Of a DNA stretch of 64,000 nucleotides, positions 24,851-38,099 are shown one piece after another. The stretch lies in assembly GCF_020745735.1 (NCBI RefSeq), contig NC_083448.1, positions 12,336,006-12,400,005 on the forward strand. The letters run 5' to 3'. Under the pieces are notes generated by a model. It was not told where the DNA came from and searched no databases. It was given only the letters and a program-made list of their open reading frames with translations. Source of the DNA: Hemiscyllium ocellatum (lineage: Eukaryota). Each line of letters opens with the position of its first letter. The first letter of the stretch is position 1. The translations under genes and the position numbers were made by a program.

Positions 24851-25599
24851 TTTGCTTTACTATCACTGCATGTTCCTTTCATATTTTAAGCTAATGACCT
24901 GGCACCTTTGAATCACATCTTTACTATCATCGGTTTGTCTGACATGATGGGGCAAAAGCTAAAAAACCAAACAGCTTCGAGCCAAAGAATATGATATCAC
25001 TGAGATCTGTTGAAACTGGTTGTGGATGCTCAGTCTGTGCACCAACTACAGGTCCAAACAGAAGACTATAATTCCCATGTAAAGGAAGCCTTTACCAGAG
25101 TGTTTATACTGGCTAGAACTGTCCTCTCTTTTTTGCCTAAATTATTCTGTTGAACTCTTCAAAAGGCTTGATACAACTTACGAATAACTGCACTGGAAGT
25201 GATTGGAACTGCAGTACTGATATTTATGTCAGCCAATGCCCAATTGTGATATTCTCTCTGAACCTAAATTTGGAGAGCCCATTCATTATATAGGTATGCA
25301 ATATTCTGTCAAAGACATCTCCTGATCCATTACCCTGTCTTGCACATGAAAAATCAAATACTGGAGTGGTATTTCTACTGGCGACATCCCACATTTAGTC
25401 ACAATGGGGCACCAACTCCAGAACAGATTTGACACGATTGGTAATTAGCCTGGTCAGTCTTTTGTGATCCACAATCAAAAATGAAATGGGTCACCATTTC
25501 TACTTCCACTTGTATATGAGGGTCATAATCTCTTTTCTATGGATTCTGAGCTTCTAATGTGCATTCACTGTATACTTCAAATAGGTCTGGACTGATCCA

Positions 25600-28500
25600 C
25601 TCCCAGAATCAAACAGAACTCTGGGAAAATTAACAAACAGTGAAATTCACAACTAATCTTGGCGGAACTGTTGGGCGAAGTTCACATCACAGAATCAGAT
25701 AAGTTAATTGTTGTTTTAAGTCTGTCCAAGAGAAAGGCTGCAGTAGTGAGAAAATTGAATTCTTTCTTGATTCTGTGTTTTTGGAGATACGTCTCTTGAT
25801 TAAACTTAAAATATAAGCCAAAGCTATTAATTTAACCTGGGGCAGTGTTTGTAGAGGAATAAGGTGGTGTTATTTTCTGGGTCTGGACATTGTGAAGGAG
25901 CAAAAATGACCTTTGCAGTGATATGTACTTCTTGTCAGATGAGGCAGTTGAAAGGTTACTGTGGATTATATCTGCCATAAATGCTGTTGGATGCAAATCT
26001 TATCAGATCGAGTGGATAGGTTGGAGAGACAGACAGAAATGATGAGCAATTTGCAACACCAACAGTATGTGATGTATGGCAGTTATGGGGGGGGGGGGGG
26101 GAAAAGGGGTCTCAGATACAGTCACATAGATGGGTTAACTCCAGGAAGGGAAAGAGAGGAGGCAGCTAGAGTATGAGTCTTTTGTGGATAAACTCATTTC
26201 AAACAGATATGCTGTTTTGGAAAATGTAGGGGGTGATGGATTCTCAGGGGAACGTAGCATGAACAGCCAAGTTTCTGGTATTGAAACTGGCTCTAAAGCA
26301 ACGAGGGGAATGTCAGCTTTCAAGAGATCAATTGTGTTAGGGGATTCCGTCGTCAGAGGTGCAGACAGATGTTTCTGTGGCCAGCAGAGAAAAAGCAGAA
26401 TGGTGTGTTGTTTCCCTGGTGCCAGGGTCAAGGATGTCTCAGAGAGGGTGCAGAATGTTCTCATGGGGGAGAGGGGCCAGCAGGAGGTCATTGGAAGGGA
26501 AAGGTTGAGATTCTGAAGGGAGATTACAGAGAGTTCAGCAGAAATTTAGAAAGGAGGTCCTCAAGGATAGTAATATCTGGATTACTCTCAGTGCTACAAG
26601 CTAGTGAGGGCAGGAATAGGAGGCTAGACTAGATGAATGCATGGCTGAGGAGTTGGTGTATGGGAAAAGGATTCACATTTTTAGATCATTGGAATCTCTT
26701 TTGGCGTAGAAGTGACCTGTACACGAAGGACGGATTGCACCTAATATACTAGCAGGGAAATTTGCTAGAACTGCTTGGGAGGATTTAAACTAGGGGTGGG
26801 ACCCAGGGAGATAGCGAGGAAAGAGATCGATCTGAGACAGGTACAGCTGAGAACAAAAGTGCGTCAAACAGTCAGGGACAAGGTAAGACTAATAAATTAA
26901 ACTGCATTTATTTCAATGCAAGGGGTGTAACAGGGAAGGCAGATGAACTTAGGGCATGGTTAGGAACACTGAACTGGGATATCATAGCAATTACGGAAAC
27001 ATGGCTCAGTGATGGGCAGGACTGGCAGCTTAATGTTACAGGATACAAATGCTACAGGAAGGATAGAAAGGGAGGAAAGAGATGAGGGGAGTGGCATTTT
27101 TTGATAAGGGATAGCATTACAATTGTACTAAGGGCGGATATTCCCGAAAATACATCCGGGGAAGTTATTTGGGTGGAACTGAGAAATAAGAAAGGGATAA
27201 TCATCTTATTGGGATTGTATTATGAACCCTCCCAATAGTCAGACAGAAATTGAGAAACAAACTTGTAAGGAGATCTCAGCTATCTGTAAGAATAATAGGG
27301 TCGTTATGGTACGGGATTTTAACTTTCCAAACATCGACTGGGACTGCCCTCGTGTTAAAGTTTTGAGAGGAATTTCTTAAGTGCGTACAAGACAATTTTC
27401 TGATTTGGTATGTGGATGTATCTACTAGAAAAGGTGCAAAACTTGACCTATTCTTGGGAAATAAGGCAAGGCAAGTGACTGAGGTGTCAGTGGGGGAGTA
27501 CTTTGGGGCCAGCGACCATAATTCTATTCGTTTTAAAATAGTAATGGAAAAGATTAGACCAGGTCTAAAAGTGGAAGTTCTGAATTGGAGAAAAGCCAAT
27601 TTTGACGGTGTTAGGCAAGAACTTTGGAAAGCTGATCAGAGGCAGATGTTCGCAGGCAAAAGGATGACTGGAAAATGGGAAGCCTTCATAAAAAAGATAA
27701 CAGGAATCCAGAGAACGTATATTCCTGTTAGGGTGAAAAGGGAAGGCTGGTAGGTATAGGGAATGCTGGATGACTAAAGAAATTGAGATTTTGGTTAAGA
27801 AAAAGGAGGCATATGTCAGGTATAGACAGGATAGATCGAGAGAATCCTTGGAAGAGTATAAAGAAAGCAGGAGTATACTTAAGGGGGAAATCAGGAGGGC
27901 AAAACGGGGACATGAGATAGCTTTGACAAATAGAATTAAAGGAGAATCCAAAGAGTTTTTACACATATATTAAGGACATATATTAAGGACAAACTTGGGA
28001 GAGATTAGGGCCCCTCAAAGATCAGCAAGGCAGCCTTTGTGTGGAGCCACAGAAAACGGGGGAGATACTAAATGAATATTTTGCACCAGCATTTACTGTG
28101 GAAAAGGATATGGAAGATATAGAGTGTAGGGAAATAGATGGTGACATCTTGCAAAATGTCCATATTACAGAGGAGGAAGTGCTGGTTGTCTTGAAACGGT
28201 TAAAGGTGGATAAATCCCTAGGACCTGATGAGGTGTACCTGAGAACTCTGTGGGAAGTGATTGCTGGGCCTCTTGCTGAGATATTTGTATCATCGATAGT
28301 CACTGGTGAGGTGCCAGAAGACTGGAGATCGGCAAACGTGGTGTCACTGTTTAAGGGCGGCAGTAAAGACAAGCCAGGGAACTATAGACTGGCGAGTCGG
28401 ATCTCAGTGGTGGGTAAGTTGTTGGAGGGAATCCTGAGGGACAGGATGTTCATGTATTTGGGAAGACAAGGACTGATTAGGGATAGTCAACATGGCTTAG

Positions 28501-29756
28501 TGCATGGGAAATCATGTCTCACAAACTTGATTGAGTTTTTTGAAGAAGTGACAAAGAGGATTGATGAGGGCAGAGCAGTAGATGTGATCGATATGGACTT
28601 CAGTAAGGCGTTCGACAAGGTTCCTCATGGGAGACTGATTAGCAAGGTTAGATCTCATGGAATACAGGGAGAACTAGCCATTTGGATACAGAACTGGCTC
28701 AAAGGTAGAAGACAGAGGGTGGTGGTGGAGGGTTATTTTTCAGACTGGAGGTCCGTGACCAGTGGAGTGCCACAAGGATCAGTGCTGCGTCCTCTACTTT
28801 TTTGTCATTTACATAAATGATTTGGATACGAGAATAAGAGATACAGTTAATAAGTTTGCAGATGACACCAAAATTGGAGGTGTAGTGGACAGCAAAGAGG
28901 GGTACCTCAGATTACAACAGGAGCAGAGAAGTGACAGATGGAGTTTAATTCAGATAAATGAGAGGTGCTGCACTTTGGGAAAGCAAATCTTAGCAGGACT
29001 TATACACTTACTGGTAAAGGATCAAAGGAGTATTGCTGAACAAAGAGACCTTGGAGTGCAGGTTCAGAGCTCCTCAAGAGTGGAGTCACAGGTAGAGAGG
29101 ATAGCGAAGGCGGCGTTTGGTCTGCTTTCCTTTATTGGCCAGAGTACTGAGTACAGGAGGTCATGTTGCACCTGTACAGGACATTGGTTAGGCCACTGTT
29201 GGAATATTGCGTGCAATTCTGGTCTCCTTCCTATCGGAAAGATGTTGTGAAACTTGAAAGGGTTCAGAAAGGATCTACAAAGATGATGCCAGGGTTGGAG
29301 GACCTGAGCTACAGGGAGAGGCTGAGCAGGCTGGGGCTGTTTTTCCTACAGCGTCAGAGGCTGAGGGGTGACCTTATAGTGGTTTACAAAATTATGTCTA
29401 TTTATCCTATCAAGGCCCCTCAAAGTCTTTTCCCTGGGGTCAGAGAGTCTAGAACTAGAGGGTATAGGTTTAGGGTGAGAGGGGAAAGATATAAAAGAGA
29501 CCTATGGGGAACTTTTTCATGCAGAAGGTGGTACATGTATGGAATGAGCTGCCAGAGGAAGTGGTGGAGGCTGGTACAATTGCAACATTTAAGAGGCATT
29601 TGGATGGATCTATGAATAGGAAGGGTTTGGAGAGATATGGGCCAGGTGTTGGCAGGTGGGACTAGACTGGGTTGGGATATCTGGTCGGTGTGGATGGGTT
29701 AGACCAAAGAGTCTGTTTGAGTGTTGTACACCTCTATGACTCTCTGACTCTAACTC
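25600..29756 (+). mobile_element. Near full-length CR1 LINE (ORF1 zinc finger plus SGNH esterase; ORF2 APE plus RT), disrupted
   Basis: CTSCQM..YICHKC cysteine motif, IVLGDSVVRG esterase motif, APE and RT motifs (DFSKAFDKVPH, KFADDTK), tail ctatgactctctgactctaactc; 5' boundary approximate. Confidence 0.92.
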
Positions 29757-31039
29757 AGTTGTAAGCCAGAAGTAATAAAACAAAATATTGTGAAAAAGGG
29801 ACACTTGACTTGAAATTGAACCTGACTCCGATTCCTCTGTGCCAAATTTTGTTTGCCACACCTGCTGAGTTTTTTCCAGCAATTTCTGTTTTTCTTTCAG
29901 TTGTGAGCCATTGAAATTAGTCCCAATGTTAGAAACAAAGGACTTAGCAGATTGCTGTTCTGAACAAAGGCAGACATAAATTAAGTGGAACGCATTTTTG
30001 TACATTAGGTTTTCTAAAATTGCTCAACATCTTCATAACTTCAAAAGACTGAGGTTTGCTTCCTGCAGTAGAATACTGTATCCAGATGAGTGGAACTGAA
30101 TTTGATGCATTCTGACCATATTAGTAGTCCCATCATTGTGACGATTCTGTCAGAGCTGAGGTGTATATACTCCAAATTATAGGTCAGCTTTGACTTTGGC
30201 AAGTGAATCTAGGAGTGCAACATGTGAAGTGGGAGATTGAACAGTCTGCACATCAGTGGAAGCAGTCTTTGGACTCATTTTAATACTGTTTATCACTTAC
30301 CAGATCTGTTGCCTGACAGAGTTCCGGTGCTTAGAATTAGTTTACTCCTCCATACCCATAGCATTCAGACATAGTCTCATCTGTTTTCAGCTGAGAAAAC
30401 CACACAAGTCCAACCTGCTGGAATTATTCTAGCTGAGTCGACTTAGGGGGTTCAATGAAAGAGTGAGGTTTATGCTCTCTTCCTTTGGACAGGTATGTCA
30501 GGTCCATTTTCGTTCCAGCGCATTGTTGCTATTTGCCATAGCTGAGTGCAGTGGCCTCTTCACAGTGACAAATATTTTGGTGCTTAGTTTCTTTTCCTTC
30601 ATCTCCTTCGTGTTTTCTGCTTTTCCTGCAGTCTTATTGTCTGTACAGGATGGGAATTGCCTCTTGCTTCTGATCTCAGAAGTGGCTTAGTCCTAGCTGA
30701 TGTCTGAAGAGTTATTTATACATAAAATCTATTTGCATAGATTAGGTTAAGCTGTTAATTCTGTGCTTACCAGAAGCCCATGCGTACTTTTATCACTCTC
30801 AGTACCTAAAGTTCATAATTGCCAAAAAAAAAGACATCTTTCTCAAAATTTCTCAAAGTAACATATCTGCTGATGTAACATCAGAAATGTAATCTTTTGT
30901 AGCAAACTGAAGAACTTGATGTCCAAGTACAGCAGGTCCACATGTTGCAAGAAGCATTAGAACGTCATTATGTTTCAGAGGACAGAAATATTGAAAATAG
31001 GAGCAGAACAGACCAAGTGACTTTTGAGCGTGCACACAG

Positions 31040-32430
31040 TCACAAATATGATCATGGTTGATCCCACCTTCTCCCCATATTACTTAATCCTTTTCAACCT
31101 GAAGAGCAACATCTAACTCCTCATGAACACACAATGTTTTGGCTTCAACCACGCTCTGTGGCTGTCAATACCACAGGCTCACCAGTCTCTGGGTGAAGAA
31201 ATTTTTCCGTAACTCAGTTTAATATTGAAGAGTATTCCTATTAGGACTATGACCCTGGATTCTGCACTTCCCCACCAACGGCACATCCTTTCTGCACCGA
31301 GCCTGTCAAAGCCTGTTAAAATTTGATCAGTTTCTTTGAGAGCTCCTCCCCTCCCCCATTCATCCAAACTCTTGTAAATATAAGCTGAACCAACTCAATC
31401 TCTTACCCTATGTCAGTCCTACCATTACAAGAATCAAGTTAGTCCATCTGCACTGCATGCCCTTGATAACAAGAACATCCACTATTTCCGAAGTGCTCTG
31501 CTACAAAACCATTGTCAATGGACTCTTGCACCTTCTCCACTACAAATGTTAGACTCACTGGTCCATAATTCCTTGTTTTCTCCCTACGCCCCTTCAGAAA
31601 AAGTGACATTATATTAGCTACCCTATAATCTGTAAGAACTGTTCCAGGAACAAATTAACATTGGAAGGTGATCACACAAATACATTCACTATTTTGAGGG
31701 CTACTTTCATAAGTAGCCCGAGACAATGATTATTCGGCCTTGGAATTTACCAACCTTCAATCCCATCAATTTCTCCACTGATTCAGATTTGCTTCAGTTC
31801 TTCCTTTTAATGAAATCCACATTACTTGTGTCTTTCTTTGTGAAGGCTGAAGTGAAATGTTAATTTAGCTTGTCATCCATTTCTTGGTTGCCCATTCACA
31901 TCCCCATTTCTGATTGTAAGGGAGCTACGTTCGTGTTCACCAATCCTTTTCTCTTGACATACTGACAGAAACGGTTTCATTTAGTTCTTCTTAGAAGCTG
32001 ACTCGCACTCTACTTGCCTGTAAATCAATCCCTTGGTCCACCTGTGCTGACTTCTAAACTGTTCAGAATTCTCAGGTACATGGCTTTTCCTTGCCAATTC
32101 ATACTCCTCTTTCCCTCACACCCCTCCCACCCCACCCCCCCGCCATCTCATACTAATCTGTAACTTCCCGTATAAGCCATGATTTCATCACAGTTCTTTG
32201 CAAACTTGCGCCAGACAGGAATATATTTTTGCTGCTTAATTTGATCTTTGAACATTTGCCACTATCTTTCCATTATCATTCCTTTCAGTAACATTTCCCA
32301 ATTCATCAGAGCCAACTCATGCCTCTTACCATTGCAGTTTTCCTTCCTTGAGATTCAGGACCAGGAGTCTCAGAATCAAATACCTCACTCTCCATCTTGA
32401 TATAAAAACCTGATCCCATTATTGTTGCTC
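31040..32430 (-). mobile_element. Old CR1 fragments
   Basis: Degenerate minus-strand CR1 3' end and ORF2 remnants. Confidence 0.6.
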
Positions 32431-32439
32431 ATCGTAAAG

Positions 32440-33165
32440 AGGGTTAAAGGGACCTTCTCAGGATAGCAGCCGTCAACAAGTGGTGTTTCACAAGGCTGAG
32501 TGTTGGGACCGACAACTTTTCACTTTATACATTAAGGAACTAGATGAAGGAAATTAGAGCATTCTGGCTCAGTTTGCAGACGACAAAAACAGAGGGACAG
32601 GTAGCACTGAGGAGGCGGGGAGGCTGCAGAAGGATATGCTCAGGCTCAGAGAGCGGGCAAAGTAGTGGCAGTTGGAGTACAACATGGCAAAGTAAGGGGT
32701 CATGCAGTTTGGCAGGAAGAATACATGGCCTATTATCGAAAAGGGAAGAAAATTCAGAAGTCTAGAGTGCAAAGAGGCTTGGGAGTTCTAGCCCAGGATT
32801 ATCTCAAGGTAAATTTGCAGGTCGAGTCAGTAGTTAGAAAGGCAAATGCAGTGACGGCATTTATAATACCAAAGCGGGTACGTACATCTGAGGCTCTTTA
32901 AAGGCTCTGGTTGGACCACTTTTGGAGTATTGTGTGCAGTTTTGAGTCCCCTCTCACGAAGGATGTACTGGCCTTGGCCCAGATGGCTGTGGAGGCCAGG
33001 TCATTGACTATATTTAAATGTGAGATGGACAGGTTCCCGAGTATCAAGGGGATCAAAGGTTATGGCGAGAAAGTGGCAGAATGGGGTCGAGAAACTTAAC
33101 TGCCATGATTGAATGGTGTAGCAGACTTGATGGGCTTCATTTCTGCTCCTATGTCTTATGCTGTA
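32440..33165 (+). mobile_element. CR1 RT 3' fragment
   Basis: agtggtgtttcacaagg..gtgttgggacc, agtttgcagacgacaaa (FADD), NLQVESVVRKANA and IKGYGEK remnants. Confidence 0.75.
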
Positions 33166-33255
33166 ATGATCTTTCATGATTACATGACCAATTATTCATT
33201 ATTCATGATATGATAACCAGTCTTGGAGGGCCTGTTTTCTTGTTGGTGACTAGAT

Positions 33256-33468
33256 GTCAGAAGTCACATGACACCTGGTTCGAGTCCAACAGGTTTCTTT
33301 GATATTACAAACTTTTGCAGCACTGCTCCTTCATCAACTCAAGTCAAATCTGATGATGGAGCATTGCTCCAAAAGCTTGAGATTTCAAAGAAACCTGTTG
33401 GACTATAACCTGTGTTGTGTGACGTCTGACTTTGTCCATTCCAGTCCAACGCTGACACCTCCCCATCA
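33256..33468. mobile_element. Hammerhead mini-element family C, inverted pair
   Basis: Arms gtcagaagtcac..gtccaacaggtttctttga / tcaaagaaacctgttggac..gtgacgtctgac; core ctgatga-tggagcattgctcc-aaaagctt; degenerate 12-bp TSD tggtgactagat / tggtaactcgat. Confidence 0.65.
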
Positions 33469-34459
33469 TGGTAACTCGATATTAAGAGTCCCTTTAGCCT
33501 ACTGAGTCATGTTGGTTACCAAGCACCTATCCAATCTGGTCTCATTTTCCAGCACTTCCACCCTTCAAGTGTACATCCAAATATTTTTTCAATGCTTTAA
33601 CAGTTCGCACTTATACCATTCTTTCAGACAAGGAGTTCCAGATTTTCACCATCCTCTGAGAAAGATCTTTCCTTAAAACAACACTACAATTCCTGCCCTT
33701 TGCCTTGAATTTACATCTCCTGGTGCCATAGTTGTGAATATGTCTGCTGAGTTGCAAAGTTGATTTGCAGACATTTTGTCCCCAGTCTGGTGACATCTTT
33801 AGTGCTTTGGAGCCTCATGTGAAGCATTGCTGTACTGTGTCTTCTGGAATTTATTTGCTTCCTTTCCTGCCGTTGCCGGTTCTGTTTGTTTGTCGTAGTG
33901 GCAGGTATTTTGGGGCGAGGGGCTTGTTGATGGAATCTGTGGATGAGCACCATGCGCCTAGAAATTCTCTGGCCGTCCTTTGTTGGGTTTGTCCTCACTT
34001 GTGTTACTCCAGTCACATTTGTGGTCCTTGTCATCCATGTGTATGACCACTAGGGACAGCTGGCCGTGGCATTTAGTGACTGGTGTGTTCTTTCTACATC
34101 ACATCCAGGAACAGGAGTTGGTTGCTGGTTTCTTTCTCTTGTAAATTTGATCTTTGTGACCATGATGTTGATAATCTGGTGTTTGTTCTCAATCTTTTGT
34201 TATCTTAATAATTACAGAAGCATTATCCATGGATCTGATCTGGAGTTTGGATCAGATTTGTGGGAGGGTTGTTTGTTCCAGTCTTTGCATCACTGATTCT
34301 GCTATAAGCAGAGATGGGCGAGCCCATAGGTGTCCCATTAAACTGTTCAAGTTGTTTGGTTGTTGAATGTGAAGTGTGCCGTTAAGCAGTCCTTGTTGAT
34401 AGGTTCCTCACCATGTCATCTGTTCTGCTTGTCAAGGAAGTTGGCGATGTTTTTTCTGG

Positions 34460-34674
34460 TAAAAAATGAGGTCTGCAGATGCTGGAGATCACAGCTGCAA
34501 ATGTGTTGCTGGTCAAAGCACAGCAGGCCAGGCAGCATCTCAGGAATAGAGAATTCGACGTTTCGAGCATAAGCCCTTCATCAGGAATAAGATGGGCTTA
34601 TGCTCGAAACGTCGAATTCTCTATTCCTGAGATGCTGCCTGGCCTGCTGTGCTTTGACCAGCAACACATTTGCA
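34460..34674. mobile_element. Hammerhead mini-element family A (young), inverted pair, inserted into the Penelope remnant
   Basis: Perfect 14-bp TSD gatgttttttctgg (34446-34459 and 34675-34688); complete monomer on the minus strand at 34460-34588. Confidence 0.9.
34553..34588 (-). ncRNA. Minimal type I hammerhead ribozyme motif
   Basis: AUUC-CUGAUGA-A-GGGC-UUAU-GCUC-GAAACGUC^GAAU: helix I AUUC/GAAU, helix II GGGC/GCUC, palindromic ACGU in place of helix III. Confidence 0.75.
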
Positions 34675-36419
34675 GATGTTTTTTCTGGCTAGAGAGTTTG
34701 GTCAGTTGAAGTGAACAGTGTCGTTACATTGAATGAGACCATTGCTTCGTTCTTGGGTTTATGTTCTTGATGTTGTCCTGTGATGATTGTACGGACTATT
34801 TAGATCTACTGATCAGATATGTCAGTTTTTGTTGGCATTCTTTCACTACTTTATGTGATACGTTCCTGGAAGTGCCATAATAGATCTAAGTGGTGTGTCT
34901 GGTTTGCGTACCTTGGGTAATCTATGAAACCTTAGGGTATTGTTGCCCTCTGACTTACGATGGATGGAACCAATCTTGGTGATCAGTGTGTTTTTTTTGT
35001 AGGTTCTGTCGTGGGTTGTTTCATCCATTGGTTAGCTATGGTGTAGGGACATACTCCCTCTGCGGGTAGATATTGGTATCTGCCAGTAACCTCTGTTTTC
35101 TGAACAAATTCAGCCTCAACCATAATCACAGTCATTTTGCCTTTATCTGCTATAAATCAAGCTTATGTTCTTGTTGGACATCTCTTTGGTGTTGAGATTG
35201 TTCATTTGTCTTTTCTTTGTTAATAAGGGTACAAAGGTTTGTCTGAGTGCTTGCTGTCTGTCTTTGGTTAATCTCGTGCTGCAAGGAAGTCTGTTGTTTT
35301 GTGTCCCTGTGCTGGTAGTTGAGTCCAATGGTTAGTGCCTTGTTTTCTGTGTCTGTAAGCTGTCTGTTGGAAAGGTTTCTTACCCAGGTATCTGTCGTAT
35401 TGTCTTCTCTTTTGTTGGTTAGCGTAGTCATTTTGTCTTGTAGGGCTGTTCTCTTACTGTATGTGGTTCTGTTCTGTCTTATGGTGATGGCCTGCTTGAT
35501 TGTTGTGATCCACTGCTGGTTGGTGGTTTTTGAAATTCACAATTTATTGCACACAATTTCTTGTTTGTTCCTGTGTAGTTTGTTGCATGCATCCATCATC
35601 ATAACCTGGATTAGCCTGAGACCGTTGTGTCTCAGTGTATTTCTCTGGCTTGTGTGATTGGTGGTCTGTTTCTGACACAGGATGATAGTAATGTGATTCC
35701 TTCAGCGCCCATGTCGGGTTTGGGGTTGTACATAGGTAGCACTTAGAACTGCCTACGGAATAGTGAATACACTGCAAGAGTGTACAGAAAAACCACACAG
35801 ACCAGGTCCTGAACTTCAACAGCAACCAGCCCAATACACGAGAGAAGCTGCATTTAGACCTTGGTCAAAAGGGCTACAACAGACTGCTGCTCTCTCAACC
35901 TATGAAGAGATGAACACCTCTATAAAGTCTTTTGCCAAGAACAGATATTCCTGCAACTTCATCCACAGATGCCTACCCGACAAACAACATGAGGACTTGC
36001 CAGGAGCTAACACTAGTCATGCTACCTTAAAGAACATCTTGGAACTAACAGTTTGATTTTTCCAATCACGGATTCATGACAGCCATACAGACAATAACTC
36101 AGCAGGACAAAAGACCCTAAATACCCATCATGTGTAAGACTACCATAATTTAAAAGATTCCATGCAAAGACTGCATGAAACACTATACAGGACAAACAGG
36201 TAAACAACTAATATTACACAACACAAAACACTAACCAGCCACTAAACACCACGACCAGATGTCCTAAGCAGCCATACACACTGATGACAAGGACCACAAA
36301 TTCAACTGCAACAACACAAAGATCTTAGGACAAGCTCAGAAGACAGCTGGAGAATTTCTCGAAGCACTGCACCCATTCACAGACCCCATCAACAAACACA
36401 TCGACCTGGACCCTATATA

Positions 36420-37440
36420 TTGAGTATCTCCATTATTAACTCCAGCCCAGGAAACATCCTGGTAAATGTCCTCCAGACAGCAGTCACATGCATTCTATAC
36501 TGTGCAACCAGGACTGTGCACAGTATTCAAGCTGTGGCCTCTAATGTTATGTACAGCTCCATCCCAAGCTACTAGATCTCATATACTGGTTGACTAATTG
36601 ATGCAAGTATCCCATGTGATTTCTTTCCAACCTTGTCCACCTGCTGTGTTGCTTTCAAGAATCTTTGGATAAGAACACCAAAGATATTTAGTGATTTAAA
36701 TCTTAGGAGTAGGATAAAAGGTCAACACAATCGGGGCGAAGGGCCTAAATTGTGCTTAATGTTCTACATTCTAACACCAAGGTCCCTCTGAATCTTTATG
36801 TTCTTGTGGCCTGCTATATGTTGTGAACTCATCAGCAATATTGCTCCTCAAAAAGTGTTACTCACTTCACCAGCCTCCACCACATCCTCTGGCAGCTCAT
36901 TCCATACATGTACCACCCTCTGCATGAAAGTTGCCCCTTAGGTCTCTTATATCTTTCCCCTCTCACCCTAAACCTACGCCCTCTAGTTCTGGACTCACCG
37001 ACCCCTCGTGATTTTTAACTTAGTATATCTTGATGGCTGTACGATTATTCTTGGCTTCCTGCCACAAAGCCAACTTTGGATCCAATTTGCCAAAATGCCC
37101 TCAATCCCATGGATTCTGATCTTCTTGACGAGACTCCATGTGTCACTTTCTCACAGGCTTACCGAAATCCACAGATTGCATCAACTGCACTACCCTCATC
37201 TACACAATATTCACCTCTTCAATAAAGTTCCTAAAACCTGTTATACATGATCACCCCCTTAACAAAGCTATGCTGATTTTCCTTGGATTAATTCTTGCCT
37301 CTCCAAATAGAGATTAATTCTATCCATCGTGTCCTGCCCTGCAATGCTCTCCCTTGCCCCCCACAGCAGCCCAAGATTCATCTCATTTAGGTCCAGGGAT
37401 TCATCAAATTTTATTGAAAGGTTTGACCACTTTGCCTGAA
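36420..37440 (-). mobile_element. Cluster of CR1 fragments
   Basis: 36870-37005 matches the CR1 3' region at 919-1058; RINLYLERQELI RT remnant near 37300. Confidence 0.6.
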
Positions 37441-37666
37441 AACATAGAAGACAAGTCAAAGACCAAATCAGAAATTGCTGAGAAAGCTCAGCAGGATTGG
37501 CAGCATCTGTGGAGAGAAATCACAGTTAATGTTTTGGGGTCCAGTGACCTTCTACAGAACTGATTTCCAGCTCAGTTATTTCGGTTTCTAATACAAATCA
37601 AAGAACCTGGTGATCAAATTATTGTGCTGTTATCATTTTTGTTATTGTGGTCAATACAAACCAATA

Positions 37667-37761
37667 ATTCCTGATGAAGGGCTCTGGCCCGAAACGTCGA
37701 ATTTCCTGTTCCTTGGATGCTGCCTAACCTGCTGTGCTTTAACCAGCAACACATTTTCAGC
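37667..37761 (+). mobile_element. Hammerhead mini-element family A variant, single orientation, intact core
   Basis: Perfect 16-bp TSD tcaatacaaaccaata (37651-37666 and 37762-37777); ATTC-CTGATGA-A-GGGC-TCTG-GCCC-GAAACGTC-GAAT. Confidence 0.88.
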
Positions 37762-38099
37762 TCAATACAAACCAATACAATACAAACATGACAGAAGCAT
37801 TTAGACACTAAGGTAAGTGCAAAGAAGAGCTGCAAACTGATCAGTCGTCTCCACAGTCTGATTTATAAAAGGCCAAATAAAAACCGAGCAACATTGGAAG
37901 TACAAGTCTGTTGTACCAATCAATAAAATCATGGCTAAATCCACATCTCAATACTGTATACTTTCCCACCTTTGCTCCATATCCAAAAAGGTGCATTTGC
38001 CAAACAACATCTCTTGATCTTGACAGCTCCAGTTGTCCCAGGATCCACAGCGTTTTGAAAAAAAGAGAATTCCCCATTTGTGTACGTACCTTTTGTCGT

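Larger units (their letters stand above)
33725..36420. mobile_element. Old Penelope-like element: minus-strand RT/3' end plus an inverted plus-strand GIY-YIG arm
   Basis: Minus-strand LPKVRKPDTPLRSI (PLE RT motif) and WVRNLSNRQLT; 33740-34060 and 36120-36420 resemble the Penelope arms at 49849-50869. Confidence 0.8.
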
